A stretch of 64,000 bases of DNA from Giardia intestinalis (taxonomy: Eukaryota), in assembly GCA_000002435.2 (NCBI GenBank), contig CM018792.1; one strand, 5' to 3'. Position 1 is the first letter of the stretch; every line of letters starts with the position of its first letter. The translations under genes were made by a program, and so were the position numbers. A model generated the notes under the pieces. That model saw nothing but the letters and a program-made list of their open reading frames with translations, did not search any database and had not been told where the DNA came from. This document shows positions 29,716 through 38,300 of the stretch, in pieces.

Positions 29716-29823
29716 CAATCTTGTTTGCGCGGCTATAGAATTTAATCCAAAGAAAAGTTTATAATCCTAAGGGCTCTAAAAGGTTGTCTAAAAGGCTTCA
29801 CCCCACAACGAACTCTGATGTGA

Positions 29824-32616
29824 CTACGTGCTCATCCGCTGCTGTCTTCTTTCCTGCTCTTTTGCAGCTCGACGAAGCTGCTTGCGACGAAGCTTTGCAA
29901 AGACGATCATTTCAGCCCTCACCTTACGCAGCATTATTGCGCCCAGGGCTATGTTGACTAGCACCAAGCAGCCCCCTAGTGTAAAAGTGATCACGTAGAC
30001 AATTGAGTAATTTGTGGATTGGATGCTCGTCATGGTCACAAATGCAGAACGATAGGACGGATCTGTCTGGTCACGTGTTCCTGTTCCATTGTATGACACG
30101 TCTGTTCCATTGAGAGGCTGAACTCGAAACCCTATGATCTGCTGGGACCGATTCTTCCATATAGCGCCTAACATTTTCTCACACAGAGCGGTAGCAGACA
30201 GAGTTGCGTCGATATCGGGGTCTGATGAGCTTCCTAATATGTAATTCGAGCACGAAAAGCAGTACTCTGTGGTGTTTAGGGAGAAGTTACCGATTTTAGA
30301 AAGCATGCCTGTTCTTACAGATAGATTCTTAGCATCGAATACCTCAACGGTCATATTCTTTGCGTAGATATCATACGAGAAAGTATCATCCTTTAGTATA
30401 TCCTCAGATGAAGGCAAGTAACGTATACTGCAGGTCGGTGAAACTGTGCTGGTCAACGTTATGCAGATTTCGCTACCTGCCACCGAGGCCACAGTGTAGT
30501 TGAAGCAGGAAGCCTCTATATTGTCCAGAAAGTATTTGGCCACTCCACTTTGAGCTGTCTCCCCTGTTCGCCAAAAGTTGAGGAGCAGACTACCACGAAG
30601 AACGCTAGAATTGATGCTCAGTGCGGTATAGAATCGCCTGAGAGCTTGCATCTGCAAAGTCTTCTCCTTGATGGTGCTTGTTTGGGACACATCTGGATAT
30701 ATAACACCGTTGAGATTGTAATACGATCCGTTAGGGTAGAAAAATAACCTGGTATTAGAAGATACTGAAAAGCGTGATATATTATACTCAAGTAGAAGCC
30801 GCTCATTTGTTACTACGTTGAGAAGCAGCATCATGACATTGACATAGTTTGTACCAGCAGGAGAGTCACACTTCCCTTCTGCAATTGCAGTTGCATTGGG
30901 GGTTAAGTCCACGAACACCATGTCAGGATTGACGTAGGCAAGAACGTGTGAGTAGCACGAGTGCATAAAGGGTGTGGACATGAAATTGAGATCAACGTTA
31001 ATCGTGACTTCAATTTCGTCCATAATAGACGTTATAGTGAAATTTCCGTGGGTCCAGGGATCCAAGAGGTAACTCTGGATGGCCGCCATGGCTGTTACAT
31101 TCTCTGCGTCTCCTAATACATAACAGTATAGGCCTGCATCAGGGTTAAAGAAGGAGGTATCCAGAGGCAGGACCTCGCTCTTGTAGTTAGATATCAGTGT
31201 GAGGGAGATAGTATGTACGGGATAATTAGAGAGAAATGGGCAAGTTCCTGTCGATTGCAGAGAGGCACAAACAGCACACACAGTGCCTTGCTCTTCCGCA
31301 TTTAGTTTGAATTGAGGATTGATGATCTGAAGCGTTGATCCAGACTCCATAAAACACTTAGAATAATCCACAGTTACGGTCTTCATGATGCTGACAGTTG
31401 CTATGGCTGAGAAGGTTGGCGTCGTCAAGGCAACGGTAGCGGCCTCTCCTGTGCGCAGTGCTTTCTTGCAATTAATCATATCATCTGCAGGGCACGTGAT
31501 GCAGATCGTAGTAGTGTTGGTATAGTTGTAGTTGAAAATTATAGACCTTATGGTTTTCTTGTACGTACTGACATTTAGCTCTAGAAGGAGGGAGGAGGGT
31601 AAACCGATCGAGCAGAGAGTGTTGCCTGTAGGTGAGAGGGTTAGACAGGCCTGTCCACTTTGGTACTCTATGTATAGCTGAGTCCCTAGATGCCAACAGT
31701 TCTCTGATCTTTGTCTGTTCACGGACAGCTGACTTTGCGTGCAGACCCCAGTTATTTCCTGGCACAAGTATCCTGCATCACAGTCATCGTTGTTGGTGCA
31801 TTTATACTTGCAAACACCGTTGAAGTTCTGTTGGCCAGAAGGACATGGATTGGTGCGCAATGTAGAGCTCTCAACTCTATCGTAGCAAAATCCATCAATT
31901 GCGACTTGATTCTGCTTTGAGCATGCGCCAGTAGCTTTGTCTGGAAGGTCCCTACAACCCCCATCTGGCGCGCACCTGTCGACTGACGCGCAAGATACAT
32001 CGTTGCACAAATAGGCACACGTTCCAATAGTGGAGCAGAGCTGTCTGCCCTCACAATTGGAATCGTCCATGCAATATTGCTGGCAGCTCCCGTTCATGCA
32101 CTTAAGCTGGACCTTCAATCCGCTTGAGCCAGAGTCAGCCTCCTTACATACCTCAGAGCTTGCGCAGACCTCGAAACAGTAGTTGCTAATGCACATCATT
32201 GGTTGCTGGCAGTCGGAGCACGTCTTCCGATACAGGCCATCTGGCGCACACAGTTCCCCCGGATTTGGCGTTCCTTTGCAGGGCCAGAAGCACTTCTTAG
32301 TTGTTAGGTTGCATTGCTTAAGGGTCTGCACTTGAGACCACTGACAGTCCGAGTCCTCCGAACACTCTATCCTACATACGTTTCCCATGCATGTCTCGCC
32401 ATTGCTCATATCACAATCAATGTCAAAGAGACACTTGGAGTAGCAGTAGGTTGAACAGATAAACGCATCGGCAGGCCTTCCCCAGCTCTTCTCGCAGTCT
32501 GCCGTCGTCGTGCACTTGGCCACGCATCTTCCACTTAGACAATACATCTCATTTGGACATTGGTCAGTGCAGACGATCACCCCAAGTGCGGTCGGTATTA
32601 GAAGAGAAAATAGCAT
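29824..32616 (-). CDS. high-cysteine EGF-like type I membrane protein (HCMP-like)
   Basis: ORF-track start is GTG. The first ATG is at 32614-32616, giving MLFSLLIPTALGVIVC.., a signal peptide. About 300 aa of Cys-rich EGF-like modules. A long ectodomain dense in N-x-S/T sequons. A single TM (FTLGGCLVLVNIALGAIML) and a short basic cytoplasmic tail. Confidence 0.7.
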   Translation of the reverse strand: MLFSLLIPTALGVIVCTDQCPNEMYCLSGRCVAKCTTTADCEKSWGRPADAFICSTYCYSKCLFDIDCDMSNGETCMGNVCRIECSEDSDCQWSQVQTLKQCNLTTKKCFWPCKGTPNPGELCAPDGLYRKTCSDCQQPMMCISNYCFEVCASSEVCKEADSGSSGLKVQLKCMNGSCQQYCMDDSNCEGRQLCSTIGTCAYLCNDVSCASVDRCAPDGGCRDLPDKATGACSKQNQVAIDGFCYDRVESSTLRTNPCPSGQQNFNGVCKYKCTNNDDCDAGYLCQEITGVCTQSQLSVNRQRSENCWHLGTQLYIEYQSGQACLTLSPTGNTLCSIGLPSSLLLELNVSTYKKTIRSIIFNYNYTNTTTICITCPADDMINCKKALRTGEAATVALTTPTFSAIATVSIMKTVTVDYSKCFMESGSTLQIINPQFKLNAEEQGTVCAVCASLQSTGTCPFLSNYPVHTISLTLISNYKSEVLPLDTSFFNPDAGLYCYVLGDAENVTAMAAIQSYLLDPWTHGNFTITSIMDEIEVTINVDLNFMSTPFMHSCYSHVLAYVNPDMVFVDLTPNATAIAEGKCDSPAGTNYVNVMMLLLNVVTNERLLLEYNISRFSVSSNTRLFFYPNGSYYNLNGVIYPDVSQTSTIKEKTLQMQALRRFYTALSINSSVLRGSLLLNFWRTGETAQSGVAKYFLDNIEASCFNYTVASVAGSEICITLTSTVSPTCSIRYLPSSEDILKDDTFSYDIYAKNMTVEVFDAKNLSVRTGMLSKIGNFSLNTTEYCFSCSNYILGSSSDPDIDATLSATALCEKMLGAIWKNRSQQIIGFRVQPLNGTDVSYNGTGTRDQTDPSYRSAFVTMTSIQSTNYSIVYVITFTLGGCLVLVNIALGAIMLRKVRAEMIVFAKLRRKQLRRAAKEQERRQQRMST

Positions 32617-32653
32617 TTTTTGGAAATGCACATGACCTAAGTTACCAGCAAGA

Positions 32654-34498
32654 TCACGGCAAGCCTTCCAATTGCCGTGTTAGTTCTTCGCTACGAGAAT
32701 CCAGTGCATTGATCTTTTCACGGATCTTCAGCATGCGCTCGCCCCGCTCCTTTTCGGAGTCTTGTCCATCTCTACCAAGTCTCATTCCCAGCAGCGACTT
32801 AAGTTGTTGTTGCATGTGTTTGCGCTTATTCACTAGAATCTTTAATTGTATTTCTAAGTCCTGTCTTTTTATGGAGGGTGTAGGCATCTGTTCTTCTTGG
32901 TATATATCCTTGTGGTGTATTGCTTCTGTTCCTGGATGTATCCGCTCAGCACGTGGTGCAGATTCATGCTGCTTGGCATTGGCTGCTCTTCTCTTGATTG
33001 TGCTCTTTTTACCGCGCCCTTTAGTGGCCTGTCGCATAGAGGTGCTTACCAGGGGTCCAAGATCCTCTTCTGTCAGCGGTTGTGAGCTTGAGACTGCCCT
33101 CTGTTTGTATTTCGGGTTCTCTTTAACGACCTCCCATCCATTCACGTGCTGTACTTTGAGGTTAAGACTTGCTGAGGTTGCTAGCTCCTGTTTGAGCGCA
33201 TCTTCTTCCTGCTTTTCTCTTAAATGCTTTCTTCTTTGCACGGCTATTTCCTGCTCTATGCTTTTGTCCTTTATAATGGGGGTACTGGACATAAATAAAT
33301 ATTTTCTGGGTGCAGTCTTTTGCTTGTGTTGCTGAAGAGAAGCCATTGCACTCATTGTTCTGGGATGCTTAGCAGAAGCAACGCCTCCTTTATTAGTGAG
33401 TATGAATGGAGAGTGTATCTTCTTGGCTGTTCGGGCAGAGCTGGGCCTGTCATCGACTTGCTTCCTAAACAAGGTCTTACTAGATGGACGAGCTGACACG
33501 CTAGGTGAGCGGTCAAGCTCCCGGTGAGCATTATATTGTCGGACTAAACTATTACCAAGCCTAGGATCGATATCAGTCCCAGGCCTACGACGCTCATCGT
33601 GCTTTCCAGTATTGGGGACAGAAGTAGCACCGGGATGAAGTTGGCTGTGCTTTCCTGACGTGCTAGAAGTAAGCACGTCGCTTAAGCTTTGCATGTACCT
33701 ATTTGCATCCTGATTTATGATGATCTTGGTAAGCTCTTGGGTACGGTCGCCTCTCTGGAAGTCCTTAGCTACCCGTGCATTTCCTGCTGAATCGTTACTC
33801 TTAAAATATAAAACACCATCTATGTATCTTCTGTAATCCTCAACGGAATCCACAATTCCTAACCTCATTAAGATCTTATTTCTTAACGCCTCTCTAAGAT
33901 CAACCACTTCTTTTAGATATATTTGTAATTCTTCGTTGAGAGTGTGTTCCATCTTTTCAGCGTTACTTAGCCTCTCACCCAGCTGTTTTACGCGCTCTGA
34001 ACAGTCACTTTTCTGAATCCTTAGCTCCTCTTTGTCACGTTGGCATAGCTGCACGAACTCAGTAAATTTCTTCTCATGCTCTTCTTTAGCTTTCCCGTGT
34101 GCTGCAATAGACTCTTTTAGCGCTTGCAGAGCGTTGAAATTCTGGACGCTGCTCTGCAAAAAGTACCTAATAGCTTCGCTTATTTGTGCATAGCGTGCAT
34201 GATATTTTTCTTTCAGCTCATTTTGTATATTGTTGGCATGGCTTTGCGTTTCTTGGCAAATCGTCTCGAGGCGGCCCGACTGTGCACTGCATGCGTCTAG
34301 TGTGCTTTTCAAATAGGTCCAGTGATCCTTTAGCATAGCATTCTGAACAGAGGCATTCATGTAGCCCGGTTGTGCTTCATGAGCTGGGTAGGCCTGAGTA
34401 GAACCTGATCTATTGAAGGTACCCGTGTAGTCCGCAGTATTGGATATATGGCTACATAGGAAGGCAGAAGGGAGCTCTCTGGTGCCGCTATTGGACAT
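32654..34498 (-). CDS. coiled-coil protein (~614 aa), hypothetical
   Basis: ORF-track start is TTG. The first ATG is at 34496-34498. A central coiled-coil and a basic Ser/Pro-rich C-terminal half. Confidence 0.5.
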   Translation of the reverse strand: MSNSGTRELPSAFLCSHISNTADYTGTFNRSGSTQAYPAHEAQPGYMNASVQNAMLKDHWTYLKSTLDACSAQSGRLETICQETQSHANNIQNELKEKYHARYAQISEAIRYFLQSSVQNFNALQALKESIAAHGKAKEEHEKKFTEFVQLCQRDKEELRIQKSDCSERVKQLGERLSNAEKMEHTLNEELQIYLKEVVDLREALRNKILMRLGIVDSVEDYRRYIDGVLYFKSNDSAGNARVAKDFQRGDRTQELTKIIINQDANRYMQSLSDVLTSSTSGKHSQLHPGATSVPNTGKHDERRRPGTDIDPRLGNSLVRQYNAHRELDRSPSVSARPSSKTLFRKQVDDRPSSARTAKKIHSPFILTNKGGVASAKHPRTMSAMASLQQHKQKTAPRKYLFMSSTPIIKDKSIEQEIAVQRRKHLREKQEEDALKQELATSASLNLKVQHVNGWEVVKENPKYKQRAVSSSQPLTEEDLGPLVSTSMRQATKGRGKKSTIKRRAANAKQHESAPRAERIHPGTEAIHHKDIYQEEQMPTPSIKRQDLEIQLKILVNKRKHMQQQLKSLLGMRLGRDGQDSEKERGERMLKIREKINALDSRSEELTRQLEGLP

Positions 34499-34536
34499 GC
34501 GGAAGCCTTCCAAATTTAAATCGCAGCCAAGGAGCC
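34499..34536. promoter_or_regulatory. 38-bp bidirectional initiator region containing aaatttaaat between divergent starts
   Basis: cat(34496-98)...ccaaatttaaatcgcagccaaggagcc...ATG(34537). Confidence 0.4.
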
Positions 34537-35076
34537 ATGGACGACGCCTGTCTTGTCTTTAAAACGGCATTCGACTGGTTGGCAGTTATCATAGCTGATC
34601 GCCTACTCCTGAAAGACGGCCTTGGACCCAAGTTTGCACCGTTTCTTGCAGAAAGAATAACCATTGAAAAGGTCCTAGAGCTGGCGGACTATCCCTTCCC
34701 ACGCCAACAGGCCGTGATAAGCAACGTCATCCATCGCACATTCCGCGAATATAACGTGAACCTCAATCACTATCTAATTTACAGAGACTTAATGTCCTCT
34801 GTTGGCGAAGGGAGTACTTCGAGCCATGTTGTGGACAGCTCCATGCTTAAGAAAAGCTTAGAGCATCACAAGATTGCTGGGACAACAGATTGTCTTCCAA
34901 TCTATTATATTTATAAGGAACTGATTGAAAATACGCCTCTTGCTGGCTCGCACTTTTACTACTACAAGAGAATACACTTTTACTTCAGCTTGTTAGTCGC
35001 TCTCTTAACTTCATTAGTCGTTAGTATTATTTGGGGCGGCGAACTGGTGTCCATCCTGGCCAGTTTGAGACTCTAA
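34537..35076 (+). CDS. small hypothetical protein (179 aa) with a C-terminal hydrophobic (tail-anchor-like) segment
   Basis: ATG verified at 34537. C-terminus FYFSLLVALLTSLVVSIIWGGELVSILASLRL. No recognisable domain. Confidence 0.4.
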   Translation: MDDACLVFKTAFDWLAVIIADRLLLKDGLGPKFAPFLAERITIEKVLELADYPFPRQQAVISNVIHRTFREYNVNLNHYLIYRDLMSSVGEGSTSSHVVDSSMLKKSLEHHKIAGTTDCLPIYYIYKELIENTPLAGSHFYYYKRIHFYFSLLVALLTSLVVSIIWGGELVSILASLRL

Positions 35077-35328
35077 TCCGAAACTTCAAAAAGATATTCA
35101 AAGGACTATATAACGGTAGCCTAATGTTATAAAACTATCTACAAATATTCTGGTACAATGGAGTGAATGCAGTAGCTATCTGCCTAGTCAACCTTTTAAG
35201 GCTGTCCTTGATCCTTGTGGCCTTGCAATGTAAAATATAGGTTACTACGGATTAATATGAATCAATACGAAGTTTGAATAGAATAGATTGCTTCACCAGC
35301 GTGCTACTGGACTGGATGCTTTTTCTCT

Positions 35329-38300
35329 TTACAGAGGTTTCAAGGGTGTCTTAGGCTGAAGCGACTCGGGAGGCTGTGCAAGCCGTCGTGATGCATTGGC
35401 AGAGGCACCCCTCGCTATGACAGACTTCGGTAAGGACCGCACAGACTGTACACCTGGGGTTACGGTGCTTGAGACAAGGAGCGGCGTGTCTGCCGGTTTT
35501 GTGCTTGTAGGGTTGATCCTTAACTGCGCAGAACAGGTGGCTAGCGTTTTGAGTTTGTTCACTGCTTGCTGCTTCATAACACTTGAAGAAAAGGAGCCCC
35601 TCATGTGTTCCCATCCGTCTTTGTGTAGGTTAATGCTATGAAGATGACCAGAATCGTCCACCATTCTATCATTAAATATCAGCGGATTGCCCCTACTATC
35701 TCTAAGGGCAGAGAGGGATGGTATAGAGCCTCTGGCCGCAGATGCCCTTAGTAAAGACTTTTCGGTCACGTCATTCAAATAGCATTTGCTCTCTATTGAA
35801 GGAATAGCATCCAGATCCTCCACTTTCATGCGGGGTGAAAGTGAAGCAGGCTCGTCTGACACACTCTTTGATCTATTTCTACAGATAGTCACAGCTTTGA
35901 AGGACGTGACGGATCCTGCACGGTTGTTAGAAGCAATAGATGGCAGTTTTTCGAGGCTAGTTGAAACGACTTTTACGGTTAACAAGGGCTGAGTGTCCGA
36001 TGAGGTTCTCTTGGCGCTATCATACGCTTGCGAATTGTCGTAGCTTTTAACGAGAAATGCGTCGTCTCTCTTCTTAATTAGATCTGTGAGTGATGATAGC
36101 AGTCTTCTATGCGCCGTTTCATTAGAGAGAGAAGCTCCCAATTTGGATTCATGCAATTCGGATTGATTGGGTAGGTTTTGCCTGCTGTCGTTAATCTCCT
36201 CACAAACAGAACACTCTGAGACAGCATCGGAATCCGGACATATATATGGAATTTGGGGTGCTTCTAATATAGAAAGTTCGGGGCTGACACAAACGTGATC
36301 ACCGTTTGCTGCATCCACTCTAGGAGCTAGTGTATCATGTGCCACAGCAGATGAGCTCTTTGCATCTAGAGTTGGCGCAGGCGTCGATTCTATTTGGGAG
36401 TTCAGAGAGTTGATGATATCAGGATTCCGAAGCATCGCCCCCGACTCCATAACCACCGCCATAATATTAATGTCCTTAGGGTCACCACCGATCCCTGACA
36501 TATATTCCACTGCTTTCCTGTACCGAACCGGTGCTGTATCGGTGTCGTAGATAAGAAGCGTCGGCTTTTGAATAGTTGATCCTATCTTATCAGGGTTTAG
36601 GAGTGAGGTATTGGCCATCCGAGTCAGTTGTTCTTCCAGTTCTGCAGCTTCTTCTGCAGACACATCTAATTTTCCTGTTTTGATGTCTATTGCGTGGAAA
36701 CCTTTTCGTGTGCGTCCACCCACGCTTTTTGCTCTTCGTTCCGCAAGATATATGTCTTCCTCTCTCTTCTCAGAGAATAGCGCAATGCGCTGCAGACATG
36801 GTGGCTCGAGTCCTGAGATTTCGTTAGATGGTCCTTTATCTGAGAGAGCGCCTCCTTCAATAGTGGCCCACGGAGACATTTGGGCACGATGTACACCACC
36901 AAAGAGTATACAGGAGCTCGATCGCTTCATTCCTGGCCTCGGTTCTGTGAATGCAGAATCTTCTGCGGTAATATCCCGTGCCCCATCAACAATGCTGCAA
37001 CTGTCGATAGAATGGGGAGCAGTTTGACGTGCAGAAAGGCAAGTGCTATCAGCAGAGAATGAAGGAGCCGTATTTGTGGGAGTAAGCGATGGTAGTTGGT
37101 GAAGTGGTTCGGTTGAAAATACGTTCCCAAGAGGCATGTCCTTGTAGTTATGAACCATTCTGTGGCGGTAAGAATTAGGATTGTCATCAGTGAAATAATC
37201 TACTCGAGGTTGATGCCCAGATAGCAAACTAAGGTCTGTTTGAACCACGACTGAGTGTCCACTACGGGGAGTGATGGCTGGATCATATATGCTGACTTTT
37301 TGCAACATGTAAGTATAGTGGGTGTCGGTCTGCTGCTTTGCACTTCCAGCTCGACTAGTTACGCGGCTAGAGTTTTTACTAGACCCTCGACTACTTAGTA
37401 GCGAACAGGTTGTATCTGAGACATCGCTGATAACTCTATTATGTGTACTATATTGTGCATATTCACCATAGAACGTGATGTTTCCCGCTGAGGAAATGAA
37501 CCCAACAACGTCTCCGAACGAATCAAAAAGATAAAGTCTTCCAGAGACATTTGTGGGCCTCTGTTGGTTACTTCTTGACGGAAAAGAACGCAAAGTTGAT
37601 GAGGCACACAAGTCGTCAGGGGGAATTTGGAGCTCGAGAGAGGTGACACTAGGCCTCAAATCGCACGGTATAATGTACGAAGTAGCGGGATTCTTAATTA
37701 TATGTGCTGGAAGATGGTCTGTACTACATAGCAGATCCTTGAATGGATGTGGATCGTCTAGTGAAAGAGATTGGACAGTTAGTCCTTCAACTGGGTTGAT
37801 AGGTAGTGATGCAGAGCGCTGTAGTATGTGGGGCTGTGTTTGCAGAGAACTGTCACCAGGGATAGATGAACTAGTAACTTTTAATAGTGGCTGTGATATT
37901 GCGGTTGTATCTGCCACAGTCTCCGCTGGTGTACACTGCAAATGTGGAGGGCTTGTTTCTACTGCAGTTGCATCTTGTAAAGAGATAAGACACGCAGCTA
38001 CTTCTTGTCTCAACCTATCCATCGTCGCAGTAGCAGAAGTTGATGGAGAATCGGCGCCCTTAAGCACTGCTCCCAAAAGTTCTGTAAACGTATTCTTAAC
38101 AACCAGTTGAAGCTCAGCAAGGTCGGCTGTGTTGGCCATACTTTTGCCAATAAGTCCCATGGCTGTATCAACAGCGCTAGCAATAGTATCGGTTGCTTGC
38201 ATTTTATAACGCATTCTGTGGGCCTCCCTCTCCGATAACTTAGCGAGATACGCTTTCCGTTTCTCTCCTAACTTTTTTCTTGTCGTCTCAGCCAAATTGT

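Noticed and set aside
37553-38110. 185-aa plus-strand ORF inside the 1803-aa coiled-coil gene
   Set aside because: Antisense to a much longer ORF with coherent coiled-coil periodicity. No start context.
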